The position numbers were made by a program, and so were the translations under genes. Of a DNA stretch of 64,000 nt, positions 37,505 to 50,674 are shown one piece after another; position 1 is the first letter of the stretch, and each line of letters starts with the position of its first letter. Source of the stretch: Amphiscolops sp. MND2022 (taxonomy: Eukaryota); NCBI GenBank assembly GCA_964187785.1, contig OZ076409.1, forward strand, positions 30,568,001 through 30,632,000, read 5' to 3'. Below the pieces are notes generated by a model that saw only the letters and a program-made list of their open reading frames with translations, was not told the DNA's origin and did not search any database.

Positions 37505-37672
37505 GTCTTCCAGACGCTCTCCTTCATACGAACCCTACTGCAATAGGTCTTCCAAGTATAGGAAGCGAAGTAGCAGCAGACAAGACAGTCGCAGCAGAAA
37601 GGAAGAGGATCTCAGTCGACGAAGTCCATCCGACAGAAATGCGCCAAGGAGAAGACGAAGCTCTAGTACCAG
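37505..37672 (+). CDS. SRRM1: SRRM1-like exon 5 (copy 1)
   Basis: GTAG| ... AG|GTTAGT; 168 nt, phase 2/2, open RS-rich frame (SSRRSPSYEPY...RRRSSST). Not in the ORF track. Confidence 0.8.
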
Positions 37673-38263
37673 GTTAGTATTGATTCTTATAAAGTCATTC
37701 TACTTTGCTGTGATCGATTTCCATTTCGGAGTGGAAATTGTCATGTTTCAAAAAAACATGCCTTTGTAAGAGTCGGCACATTTCTTACAAAAAGCGCCGA
37801 GTAACAAGCTCAAAACTTTTGAATGTATTCGAATAATAGAATATGCTTTTAGGTTGAAACGCAAAGTTTCGAAATCATAATACGTAGAGAAATGGTGGTC
37901 GGCATTTGCTGTAATTTTCGTCATAGAATTTTTGAAAACGCATCAATTTGTTCCCATAGCATTTGAAACCTTCAAAAACAGGAGTACGAAATGTTTATTA
38001 CAATATTGTATTTCATGCATAAGTTCCAAGCATAGTCAATTCTTTGAAGTTTTATATTCAGTAGAGGCAATGGCGGTTTTTTCAAACTCTAGAGTTTGAA
38101 GTTAGATCGTGTGCCATATCGTGCAAAATCTCGAAAAAATTTTTGGATGTGAAGTAAACACGGAATGTTCATAAAGTAGAAAAGCATTAGAAAGTGATTT
38201 TTCCCTGGAAAGATTTTTTCTCTTCTACGCTAAGAAAACTACACTAATGCGTGTCATTTGCAG

Positions 38264-38574
38264 AAGAGACAGTCGGTCTTACGACAGAAGTAACAATCGC
38301 AAACCTCGAAGTGGCTCCCCTGAAAGAAATGAGCGTCGTCCTCGGAGCATACCTAAAGAGCGAGACAGGAAAGACGCCAAACGTCAGGCAAACGAATCAA
38401 CAGAAAATAAAAGGAAACAACATAGTCAGTTTAGCGAGAAGCAACCAGTTCCTAAACTTAGAAAAGCGAGTAAATCAACAGAGAGGCACAAAAACGGCGA
38501 CAGAGCTGCTTCAAGAGAGAAAATTGGAAAAACCGCTCTTAAGAAAAGAGAGCTGTCTAAAAGTCCCAGTCCAG
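38264..38574 (+). CDS. SRRM1: SRRM1-like exon 6 (copy 1)
   Basis: TTTGCAG| ... CAG|GTAGCA; phase 2/1; RDSRSYDRS...KSPSP. Confidence 0.8.
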
Positions 38575-38616
38575 GTAGCATATACTTAATTCACCAAAAA
38601 TTGAACATGAGCCTTC

Positions 38617-41479
38617 AGTAGTGAAGAAAACGGCCGGGTTTGCGACGGGGTAGGATTCCCACCCTGCCGCCGCGTTTGCAACGGTAGAATTCTTCCATAA
38701 AAGGACATTTAGGAGCCGCTCCTTCTGGATTGAATTTCATTCGGCGGTCAGAATGAATATCGGAATTGATCAGGCGCTCGGGAAAAACGTTCTTTTGACA
38801 CTCGGAAATGGTTTAGGATTCGACGCTTGAAATAAATGTTTTTTCCAAATATATTTCAAAAACCTATCAAATTATAAAGTTCATGTAGAAAAAGCGTAGA
38901 CATTCTTACTATTTGATTGAATGTCTTGAATGTTTGCAAGAACTAACCTTGACATTTTGCTGCAAGTGTATTGTAACGTGGTGGTGTATTAACTAATACT
39001 TCCAAGTTTGAACAAGCTGTACAAAACTTTCCAAACTTGGTATCAACTATTGAATGGTTTTATTTGCAACGGTGGTTAGTTGAGAGGAAAATTCTTATCG
39101 CCTCACGTTCGCGAAAAGTTTTGGATTGAATTTCATTCGGCGGTCGGAATTGATTCGGCGCTCGAGGATTCGGCGCTTGTTTCACGTCTCGAGGAAAAGC
39201 GTTCCTTTTCATTTGGCGGTGGAAACTCAATATACAAGTTGTTCGATTCATCTTTCACTTGAACGTTTTATACTAAGCTGAATTGTTGGCTGTTTTTGAA
39301 GAATGGTTCAGACTCGAAAGGAATAATGAAGTGAAAAAATAGATATGATCGAAGTGCAACAAGTATTCTACAGATTACCATTTGGGAAAACTAACAAATT
39401 TGAAATTTATTGAAACTATATGATCAGCTTTTGCCTAGTTCAACAGAGAAATACAAATTTGAACCTTACTCCAGAACAATAACAAATAGTGGTAAGGGAA
39501 CAACCTGAAATCTGTTGTGGGTGTTTGTACAAGTATAGGAAATTGTACAGACTGCTTGTAATTGTTCGTGACGCACGAAAAGTGCTTAAAACTTTTTGTG
39601 ACTGTTGGGACAGAAGAATGAATTTTCAAAAATACCGGCAAGCTACACTTCCTCCACTGTGGAGCATTTTGAGGTTTAAATTTTTCCAGCAGTCACATTG
39701 GTTCAAGTTGAGTGAAGAGTGTTGTGTAAAGAATCGGTGAAATGGATACCGACAACAATCGAATGTGCCTATCGTTGACTCCTCAATTCAGTGTCTGTTT
39801 GGTACTATCAAATAACAGGCACTGTATAACCCAACCAAAGACGAGTACATTGCAGTTGGTGATGTTACAAAAAGAGGTGTGATACAATTAAATCTATCAG
39901 AATATTCCCTACTGAAATCAACGTTTGCTGTTGTGGACGCAGGAATTTTGGAAAGAGTATGTCAACCGAATCTGCGACACGTGAGACAAAACTTTCAATG
40001 ATGAAAAGGAAGTTACCACCTCTCAAAATACCCCCAATTCAAAAACCCCCAGATCCATTGGAAATTCCTAAAGAACAACCTAGTATTCCTGAAAATGTTC
40101 GAAGAAATTGTGGAAAAGAACCAAGGCCTCAGAATTTGGTACTTTTGTGGATTATGTAGAAGACGTCATTGCTTCAAAATCGATTTGCAGTGGAGATTTG
40201 GAATGGAACTCCTTCATTTACACACCTCCAAAGAATTTGATTGCTTCAAACAGTAAACAGCCGAGAACGGCCAAAGTCGGCGCCATATCTAAGGCTCAAA
40301 ATTTAAAAGGGGGACCCTTCGGGCTTTGTGAAACTCCAGCTGGTTGCAAAAAATTTGAAAATATTGAAGGGGGAACCCTTTGGAGACATGAAAAAATTTC
40401 CCAAAAAAATTTTTTTATGAGATTTTTGAACAGTGTCACAGTGCCGAAAAATGTAAAAGGGGGACCCTTTGCGATTTTTTGACATCCATTGTGTTGCAAA
40501 ATATCGAAACAAATGAAGGGGGACCCTCTGGTGCAATCCAAAACTTCAAAAAAAAGTGCTGAAAAAAAGTGGGGCTAAGGTGTGTTTTCCAGGTTGTGGA
40601 CGTCTGTTTTGTTTTTTCTTTTCGTTTTGGACGCGCTTCTGAGGTTGGAGTTGTTGAGGTTTGAAGTTGAAGTTTGAGGTTGTTGAACAAATGAACAAAA
40701 AAGTGGACCTTTCGTGTCTAAAAAAACTACCCACTGTAATAGTCGGGCACATTTTCTAAAATGTGCCGACTAAAAACGATATTAACTTGTGCTTGCTTAA
40801 TTTTGTATATAAGTTTTCCTCTTGGCAACAAAACAAGAACAGATTTCTTGCTTCAGCTTACCTGACTTCTCAACATTGTCAAACGGAAAAAAACTATTGT
40901 GTACAACAAACAATTTCATTCACATTTTGCTGTATTTTTGAACAGTACGGAATTTTCTATTCTTTTCTATTAAGCCTGCTGCTTTGATTGATTTGTAATT
41001 CCAATTCACATACTTTATTATGTCATTTTTCAAACCATGCAGTCAGAACCAGTTGATTCGCCAGATGCAATAACTAGTCATGAAATTATATACCTTTTTG
41101 TGCCCCTGAGAATCTCAAAATTCAAAAGCCTTTTCTTCATTGACCTGTTGCTTTTATCTGAGTATATTAGTTATTACCTTTTGATCGTTGATTTGAAAAG
41201 TTTTAACATCTTGAGAATAAAGCAAAGCCGATCAAGGCATGAGATTTGCAGAAACTGTTTCCATGTTTGTAACTCAATCAGGAGTTTGGAAAATCACCAG
41301 GCCAGTTGTTACGCGTATGAGGCCGCAGTAATAATTTTACCTGAAGAAGAGAGAAAATTTCATCGATTTAAAAAAACGAGCTATTTGGTTTGTGCCCTTG
41401 GTTATTTATCTTGATACGGAAGCGCTTCTTGTTCCGATTGACTCTTGCACAACTGCCCCCCATGTTAGTAGTGGAACAA
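38617..41479 (+). mobile_element. Duplicated left part of the Polinton/Maverick derivative
   Basis: Copy of 42647-45517 that ends at the duplication junction. Confidence 0.85.
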
Positions 41480-41534
41480 GTTGAACAAGTTGAAAGAAGC
41501 CTCTAGAAAATCAGTATCGAAAAATATGCTGTAG

Positions 41535-41702
41535 GTCTTCCAGACGCTCTCCTTCATACGAACCCTACTGCAATAGGTCTTCCAAGTATAGGAAGCGAAG
41601 TAGCAGCAGACAAGACAGTCGCAGCAGAAAGTTAGAGGATCTCAGTCGACGAAGTCCATCCGACAGAAATGCGCCAAGGAGAAGACAAAGCTCTAGTACC
41701 AG
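41535..41702 (+). CDS. SRRM1: Duplicate of SRRM1-like exon 5
   Basis: Splice sites intact, frame open, a few substitutions versus 37505-37672. Confidence 0.6.
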
Positions 41703-42293
41703 GTTAGTATTGATTCTTATAAAGTCATTCTACTTTGCTGTGATCGATTTCCATTTCGGAGTGGAAATTGTCATGTTTCAAAAAAACATGCCTTTGTAAG
41801 AGTCGGCACATTTCTTACAAAAAGCGCAGAGTAACAAGCTCAAAACTTTTGAATGTATTCGAATAATAGAATATGCTTTTAGGTTGAAACGCAAAGTTTC
41901 GAAATCATAATACGTAGAAAAATGGTGGTCGGCATTTGCTGTAATTTTCGTCATAGAATTTTTGAAAACGCATCAATTTGTTCCCATAGCATTTGAAACC
42001 TTCAAAAACAGGAGTACGAAATGTTTATTACAATATTGTATTTCATGCATAAGTTCCAAGCATAGTCAATTCTTTGAAGTTTTATATTCAGTAGAGGCAA
42101 TAGCGGTTTTTTCAAACTCTAGAGTTTGAAGTTAGATCGTGTGCAATATCGTGCAAAATCTCGAAAAAATTTTTGGCTGTGAAGTAAACACGGAATGTTC
42201 ATAAAGTAGAAAAGCATTAGAAAGTGATTTTTCCCTGGAAAGATTTTTTCTCTTCTACGCTAAGAAATCTACACTAATGCTTGTCATTTGCAG

Positions 42294-42604
42294 AAGAGAC
42301 AGTCGGTCTTACGACAGAAGTAACAATCGCAAACCTCGAAGTGGCTCCCCTGAAAGAAATGAGCGTCGTCCTCGGAGCATACCTAAAGAGCGAGACAGGA
42401 AAGACGCCAAACGTCAGGCAAACGAATCAACAGAAAATAAAAGGAAACAACATAGTCAGTTTAGCGAGAAGCAACCAGTTCCTAAACTTAGAAAAGCGAG
42501 TAAATCAACAGAGAGGCACAAAAACGGCGACAGAGCTGCTTCAAGAGAGAAAATTGGAAAAACCGCTGTTAAGAAAAGAGAGCTGTCTAAAAGTCCCAGT
42601 CCAG
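42294..42604 (+). CDS. SRRM1: Duplicate of SRRM1-like exon 6
   Basis: Splice sites intact, frame open, L>V change (KTALK to KTAVK). Confidence 0.6.
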
Positions 42605-42646
42605 GTAGCATATACTTAATTCACCAAAAATTGAACATGAGCCTTC

Positions 42647-45600
42647 AGTAGTGAAGAAAACGGCCGGGTTTGCGACGGGGTAGGATTCCCACCCTGCCGC
42701 CGCGTTTGCAACGGTAGAATTCTTCCATAAAAGGACATTTAGGAGCCGCTCCTTCTGCATTGAATTTCATTCGGCGGTCAGAATGAATATCGGAATTGAT
42801 CAGGCGCTCGGGAAAGACGTTCTTTTGACACTCGGAAATGGTTTAGGATTCGACGCTTGAAATAAATGTTTTTTCCAAATATATTTCAAAAACCTATCAA
42901 ATTATAAAGTTCATGTAGAAAAAGCGTAGACATTCTTACTATTTGATTGAATGTCTTGAATGTTTGCAAGAACTAACCTTGACATTTTGCTGCAAGTGTA
43001 TTGTAACGTGGTGGTGTATTAACTAATACTTCCAAGTTTGAACAAGCTGTACAAAACTTTCCAAACTTGGTATCAACTATTGAATGGTTTTATTTGCAAC
43101 GGTGGTTAGTTGAGAGGAAAATTCTTATCGCCTCACGTTCGCGAAAAGTTTTGGATTGAATTTCATTCGGCGGTCGGAATTGATTCGGCGCTCGAGGATT
43201 CGGCGCTTGTTTCACGTCTCGAGGAAAAGCGTTCCTTTTCATTTGGCGGTGGAAACTCAATATATAAGTTGTTCGATTCATCTTTCACTTGAACGTTTTA
43301 TACTAAGCTGAATTGTTGGCTGTTTTTGAAGAATGGTTCAGACTCGAAAGGAATAATGAAGTGAAAAAATAGATATGATCGAAGTGCAACAAGTATTCTA
43401 CAGATTACCATTTGGGAAAACTAACAAATTTGAAATTTATTGAAACTATATGATCAGCTTTTGCCTAGTTCAACAGAGAAATACAAATTTGAACCTTACT
43501 CCAGAACAATAACAAATAGTGGTAAGGGAACAACCTGAAATCTGTTGTGGGTGTTTGTACAAGTATAGGAAATTGTACAGACTGCTTGTAATTGTTCGTG
43601 ACGCACGAAAAGTGCTTAAAACTTTTTGTGACTGTTGGGACAGAAGAATGAATTTTCAAAAATACCGGCAAGCTACACTTCCTCCACTGTGGAGCATTTT
43701 GAGGTTTAAATTTTTCCAGCAGTCACATTGGTTCAAGTTGAGTGAAGAGTGTTGTGTAAAGAATCGGTGAAATGGATACCGACAACAATCGAATGTGCCT
43801 ATCGTTGACTCCTCAATTCAGTGTCTGTTTGGTACTATCAAATAACAGGCACTGTATAACCCAACCAAAGACGAGTACATTGCAGTTGGTGATGTTACAA
43901 AAAGAGGTGTGATACAATTAAATCTATCAGAATATTCCCTACTGAAATCAACGTTTGCTGTTGTGGACGCAGGAATTTTGGAAAGAGTATGTCAACCGAA
44001 TCTGCGACACGTGAGACAAAACTTTCAATGATGAAAAGGAAGTTACCACCTCTCAAAATACCCCCAATTCAAAAACCCCCAGATCCATTGGAAATTCCTA
44101 AAGAACAACCTAATATTCCTGAAAATGTTCGAAGAAATTGTGGAAAAGAACCAAGGCCTCAGAATTTGGTACTTTTGTGGATCATGTAGAAGACGTCATT
44201 GCTTCAAAATCGATTTGCAGTGGAGATTTGGAATGGAACTCCTTCATTTACACACCTCCAAAGAATTTGATTGCTTCAAACAGTAAACAAGCCGAGAACG
44301 GCCAAAGTCGGCGCCATATCTAAGGCTCAAAATTTAAAAGGGGGACCCTTCGGGCTTTGTGAAACTCCAGCTGGTTGCAAAAAATTTGAAAAAATTGAAG
44401 GGGGAACCCTTTGGAGACATGAAAAAATTTCCCAAAAAATTTTTTTATGAGATTTTTGAACAGTGTCACAGTGCCGAAAAATGTAAAAGGGGGACCCTTT
44501 GCGATTTTTTGACATCCATTGTGTTGCAAAATATCGAAACAAATGAAGGGGGACCCTCTGCTGCAATCCAAAAAACTTCAAAAAAAAGTGCTGAAAAAAA
44601 GTGGGGCTAAGGTGTGTTCTCGAGGTTGTGGACGTCTGTTTTGTTTTTTCTTTTCGTTTTGGACGCGCTTCTGAGGTTGGAGTTGTTGAGGTTTGAAGTT
44701 GTTGAAGTTTGAGGTTGTTGAACAAATGAACAAAAAAGTGGACCTTTCGTGTCTAAAAAAAACTACCCACTGTAATAGTCGGGCACATTTTCTACTAAAA
44801 TGCGCCGACTAAAAACGATATTAATTTGTGCTTGCTTAATTTTGTATATAAGTTTTCCTCTTGGCAACAAAACAAGAACAGATTTCTTGCTTCAGCTTAC
44901 CTGACTTCTCAACATTGTCAAACGGAAAAAAACTATTGTGTACAACAAACAATTTCATTCACATTTTGCTGTATTTTAAACAGTACGGAATTTTCTTTTC
45001 TTTTCTATTAAGCCTGCTGCTTTGATTGATTTGTAATTCCAATTCACATACTTTATCATGTCATTTTTCAAACCATGCAGTCAGAACCAGTTGATTCGCC
45101 AGATGCAATAACTAGTCATGAAACTATATACCTTTTTGTGCCCCTGAGAATCTCAAAATTCAAAAGCCTTTTCTTCATTGACCTGTTGCTTTTATCTGAG
45201 TATATTAGTTATTACCTTTTGATCGTTGACTTGAAAAGTTTTAACATCTTGAGAATAAAGCAAAGCCGATCAAGGCATGAGATTTGCAGAAACTGTTTCC
45301 ATGTTTGTAACTCAATCAGGAGTTTGGAAAATCACCAGGCCAGTTGTTACGCGTATGAGGCCGCAGTAATAATTTTACCTGAAGAAGAGAGAAAATTTCA
45401 TCGATTTAAAAAAACGAGCTATTTGGTTTGTGCCCTTGGTTATTTATCTTGATACGGAAGCGCTTCTTGTTCCGATTGACTCTTGCACAACTGCCCCCCA
45501 TGTTAGTAGTGGAACAAAAATCGAAGAAAATGTTGCTTGTAGATATGCCTTCGCTGTTGTAGAACATGGAAAAGACAAATTGTGTCTCTCATGATAAAAC

Positions 45601-48012
45601 GAGCCCCCAAATTGTTTGGAGGATCTAGTTATTGAATTGGAAAAAACTTTTAACCCCTTAGCGAAACAAACTTTTGGCCTCTTCATTGATGCAAACAACT
45701 GGTACGGTGGAATCATGGAGATGTTTCCAGTGCCGCTTAAAAGTTTTATTCTGAAAAAGCAGGAAGAAATCGATTTGCAAAAATTCTCAACACTTCAGAT
45801 GATCCACTGTTGGATATGTTTTAGAAGTTGACCTTCATTATCCAGACCGTTTACATGATTTACACCCTTGGCACCAATAAAAGAAGAAATTAATTATTTC
45901 TGGCTCGGGAGTGTCAGACTCGTATGTTGGAAAAGACAGGGTCTGCCGCATTTTCCACAAAAAAAAACTGAAAATTGATACAGACGCTATATGACGAGCA
46001 ACTACACATTACATTATCTTACTTTGAAGTTATACTGTGAATTGGGACTATAAGTCACCAAAATTCACAGAGTGCTTCAATTCGATCAAAATGGCTTCAA
46101 CCGTACATTCAACTAAACACACCAAAGGGAAGCCTCTTCAAATTAATTTGAAGAAAGCTTTTACAAATTGATGAGCACTTCAGCTTTTGGTGAAACAATG
46201 GAGAGTAAGAATAAACGATTACATGTCGAAATTGTTCGTACAAGAGAAGAGTTGCTAGCGCAAACAAATAAATTGTGCATGAAAACGTACAAGATTTTTG
46301 ACAATCAGCTGACAGCTTTCATTTAATCAGCGCAAAATTTACTGAGACAAGCCAACAATAGTAGGTGCTACTGTTCTGGATTTGTTGAAGCGAAATCTGT
46401 ACTGGTTTCACTACAAATACAAGAAACCAAACTTCAAAACACTGGTTCTTCATTCAGATACTGATTTCCTGATTTATGAGATCGAATCAGACGACTTGTA
46501 CAGAAACCTGAATAAGAAAATCAATATTCGACGAATTTGACTTCTCAAACTATAGAGAGAATAATCAATTGCATTCGGAAAGCCAAAAATTCGAGACGCT
46601 CAAATTTAGAGATGAACTTGGTGGAAACATTGTGCCTAGTTTTGTAGCCCTCAAGTCGAAGTTGTATTCACTGGCAGACCTGCATGAAATGTCAGCGAAG
46701 GGAACTACTAAATTTGCACAAAAAAGTTTACAGCATGCTGTATTCTACCGAGTTTTTGCCAATGGAACTCTGTTGAGAACGTTGAATTACACAATTCCGA
46801 AAGACACAGACAAAAAATATTGACCTTGCAGACCAATGAAGTTTAATTGAGGATATTTCATTTAATTGAGGAAATTCCCATAAAGGTTATATAATGTCGA
46901 ACGGTGTGGATACACTGCCGTATGGGCATTTTCCTTGAAGGAAGACGTAGTTTTGAAGAGAAATCAGCCAAGACGTGGAATGGGAGGAAAAGGAGGAGGA
47001 GGATACTCAGAATAATCAATCCTCGTCCACGCGGATACCTTCAAACATAGTAGACTCTACACCCCCTGATCCTGGTTTCCTACAAACTGCAGTGGAAGAA
47101 AGTGACATTCAAGATGTAATTGAAATAATAGAACTGTCAGATGTAGAAACGGAACTATCAGTTGATGAATCAAACATGTTTTTAGACTTGGAAACAATTG
47201 AAAACCCTACCCCTAATCCTCCTCCTCTCAAAAAATGTCGAAACATTAGTAACTAGTTATTTTGATTATATAAAAGTCATTTGTATTCAACCATAAACTT
47301 TGAATGAAGTAATGTTTTGCTAGTGCTTTCTTTTAACAAAAGTGTTTGAGAATAAATACCAGTTTCAAAGTAGGCGAATCAAAGATAACAGCGTTTTGGC
47401 TAAACATGAAAATTTATACCTTTGCAAAGTTTGAAAGGAAATATTTAGGATTTGAAGAACTTCACAACCGGCAGTTCAGTCAGGTAGAGCTTTCCGATTC
47501 ACCCGAGAACTATTGCGAACGTGAGGCGATAAGAATTTTCCTCTCAACTAACCACCGTTGCAAATAAAACCATTCAATAGTTGATACCAAGTTTGGAAAG
47601 TTTTGTACAGCTTGTTCAAACTTGGAAGTATTAGTTAATACACCACCACGTTACAATACACTTGCAGCAAAATGTCAAGGTTAGTTCTTGCAAACATTCA
47701 AGACATTCAATCAAATAGTAAGAATGTCTACGCTTTTTCTACATGAACTTTATAATTCGATAGGTTTTTGAAATATATTCGGAAAAAACATTTATTTCAA
47801 GCGTCGAATCCTAAACCATTTCTGAGTGTCAAAAGAACGTTTTTCCCGAGCGCCTGATCAATTCCGATATTCATTCTGACCGCCGAATGAAATTCAATCC
47901 AGAAGGAGCGGCTCCTAAATGTCCTTTTATGGAAGAATCCTACCCCGTTGCAAACCCGGCGGCAGGGTGGGAATCCTACCCCGTTGCAAACCCGGCCATT
48001 TCATTCACTACT
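42647..48012 (+). mobile_element. Polinton/Maverick-derived non-autonomous element with decayed protein-primed DNA polymerase B
   Basis: ~497-bp TIRs (42647-43142 / 47515-48012) with AGTAGT...ACTACT termini; flanks GCCTTC/TCCTTC (5 of 6 match, TSD-like). pPolB motifs IDANNWYGGIM, LEVDLHYP, FYKLMSTSAFG, SDTD and KFRDE..FVALKSKLYS over 45680-46820; zinc finger CRNC..H...C at ~45285-45350. Confidence 0.9.
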
Positions 48013-48067
48013 TCCTTCCGATCCCTTTGTTGCGTATATAATCTCATTGCAAATAGTTTGTCTTTAG

Positions 48068-48433
48068 TTCGAAACAGGAAAGAGAAATCACCTAAGGAAA
48101 GGAGTGAATCAGACAATAGCGAAAGTAACGACGGAAAGAAGAAAATTGCCCAATTTAAAGACTTGTCCAGAAAGCGTAAATCGCGTTCAAGAGACAGAAC
48201 CAGCAGTGCCGATTCCGTTAAACGCGAGCCTAAAAATATGCCAGCTAGAAGACAGCACAGCAGTGGGTCCTCATCTGAAGGTGAAGAAAAAGTGGATTCC
48301 ACTCGAAAGAAGAGAGATGCACCTCGAGGGTCAAAGCAAAGCAAGCAAAAAAATCGAAGCAGTGATGCTGGCGAAGATTCACGCGCACTGGAAGCTAAGA
48401 AAGCAGCAATAGTGAGGCAACTCAAAGAACAGG
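48068..48433 (+). CDS. SRRM1: SRRM1-like exon 7
   Basis: CTTTAG| ... G|GTAAAT; 366 nt, phase 1/1; RKRKSRSRDRTSS. Confidence 0.82.
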
Positions 48434-48929
48434 GTAAATGCTGTGTTTACTTCAGGTTTTCATTATCAGCTCTATTTCGTTCAAAAGTTCAAGAGCTGAT
48501 TAGCAGTGTTTTTAGTCCGCACTTTTTAGGAAGGTATGGCGACGATGAATGGTTATTTGTACAACAACAAACTGTGTTTTCCCCCGTAATTTTGCTGCAA
48601 AAAGATTTGAATGAGACCAGAAAAGGTGAAATACTTGGAATTTTTGGGCTTTTCGAAATTTTTAAACAATTATGACGGACATTTTCCGAGTCCTTATCAG
48701 GCACATCTACACACTTTATTTCTGAGAAATTAATGCTGAGGGGTTGGTTTAAATGTCCATTAGTTTGAACACTAAGCCTAATGTACTTGATTTATTTGTA
48801 AAATAGTTGCTCATGCCACATTTTACATTTGGAAAAGTAACTGAAATTTGGATAAACTACCATGAACTCGTCTTAGTAAAATCTTGAGTTTTGTAAATTG
48901 AGATCGACATCATCAGTTTTGTTTTTCAG

Positions 48930-50674
48930 GTAGAAGAAGCCCTTCGGATTCAGACAGATCAAGCTCTGGATCGAAAGAACGAAAGCATTCCAAAGATAGA
49001 AGAGTGGTTCCAGCTAATGTCAGCTCATCTCCGAAAGGGAGCCGTAATAGAAGGTGCAGTAAATCTGACGATAAAGTGAGAAAAGATATGAAATCAAAAG
49101 ACTCGAAACATTCAGAGATGCCAAAACGAAAGCGAGCTGAGTCTTCTTCGTCTCCGCAAAGAAGGCCTCCAAAAGCTGAATCGAGCAGTAGTAAGAAATA
49201 TGACATGAAATCTATTAAACGCACGGTGCGAAGAAGTCCTTCTGAGGATAGAGCAGTGCAATGTGATGGCAAACATCGCCAACGGTCGAGTCGAAGTCAC
49301 AGCCGCTCAGCGTCACTAAAACCGTCGGCCAAGAATGTCGATCACAAAGGCAGACCTATGGCAGTTGTGGCACCTGTGCAAAAGAAACGCGACTCCTCTG
49401 GTAGCGCCAGTCCTGAACGAAGAAAACAACCGTCTGAAAATGATAGGGTGTCTCGCGAAACGCCCCCTCGACGAACCAGCAATCAGAGAAGTAGCCGAAG
49501 ACAACCTATTCCTTTGCAATCAGAAAACGAAAGCTCCAACGAAGATGGAAGGAGTTGTGTTAAGAAACGAAAAATTTCAGGAAGGGGTAAGGACAATAGC
49601 TCCGTTGATGAAAGGAAGAAAAATAGCCATACTCCGGTTTCAAAGCGGAGTGAACAGCAGGTCGGAAGAGATCGTGGCAGGGAAAGAAGTGCATCCAAAT
49701 CTAGCGATATAGAATGGAAACAAGATAGAAAACAGCGTCAGAGCAGCTCTGAAAATTCTTCGCCTGAAAGAAGTAAAAAGCAGCGAGGAGCTGTGAGGCC
49801 ATCGGAGACAGCAAAATCAAGGGAACCCATAAATGGAAAGTCTCACAAACAAAGCAAACGCGAAGTCACCCCGAAACAAAGCCCAAAGAGGAAACAACAA
49901 GAAACTTCCAGTTCCTCCAGTTCTCACTCAGAACCTGCTAGTCCGAAACGAGGCGTCAATGCCAGAAAAGAGTCCAAATCTCCTGTTAGATCGCACAAAC
50001 GAGGGGGCGCTAAGCAGGATAAATTGCAAGGACGGCAAAGTTCTGTTGATTCCAGTGATGATGAAAGACGTGATCGCAAACTAGTGGAGAAAGTTAAGCT
50101 AGTTGAAAGTGTCGAGAAAAGGCGTCAACGTAGATCTGCTAGTCACTTGCTTCGGCGCACCACTGTTCCTGAGAAAAGGAAAGACAAACCTCAACTTGAT
50201 CATAATTCTCGAAATAAAAGAAAAAAAATGTCGTCATCAGAAGAAAATTCTTCCTCAGATGGTGAGAAGGTAGAAAAACGCAAGGAGAGAGAACCTCCGA
50301 AACTACGAAAGCCTGAATTAACAAGACGGAAATCGTCTTCCGAGAGCCCAAAGCGCAATAACAAAAACGTCAAACTTGCAAAGACCAGTCGAGCGGGGGA
50401 TGAAAAACGAAGAAAAAGTAGATCCGAAAGCCACAGTGGGCAAAGTAGCTCATCTGAGGATGAATCACCTAGTCCTCAAAAACGGACTGATCGCACAGAT
50501 GACAAGAAGCAGGATTCTCGGTCATTTGTGGGCGCAAAAGTTGAAGCTCGAGCCAGAAATGCGCCGAGGAGACGAAAGCACTCGAGATCCACATCTACCA
50601 GCAGATCTGCCTCTTCATCTGAGCGCGAAATGGAATCTCTACGACAAAAAGCTTTGAAAACTATACACAACTAA
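48930..50674 (+). CDS. SRRM1: SRRM1-like last exon (long RS/K-rich tail)
   Basis: TTTTTCAG| phase 1, in frame with ORF 49004-50674. Ends ESLRQKALKTIHN*, resembling the SRRM1 C-terminal LREKAL motif. Confidence 0.9.

Larger units (their letters stand above)
37457..45517 (+). repeat. Tandem segmental duplication, period 4030 bp (37457-41479 / 41487-45517)
   Basis: Near-identical ORF pairs 38247/42277, 39060/43090 and 39959/43989. Junction GAACAAGTTGAACAAGTT at ~41474-41491. Confidence 0.95.

Noticed and set aside
47887..48067. N-terminal part of the 262-aa ORF as coding
   Set aside because: It lies in the Polinton TIR and intron; only 48068-48433 fits the splice phases.
49112..50670. Antisense and alternative-frame ORFs over the last SRRM1 exon
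   Set aside because: Shadows of low-complexity RS-rich coding sequence.
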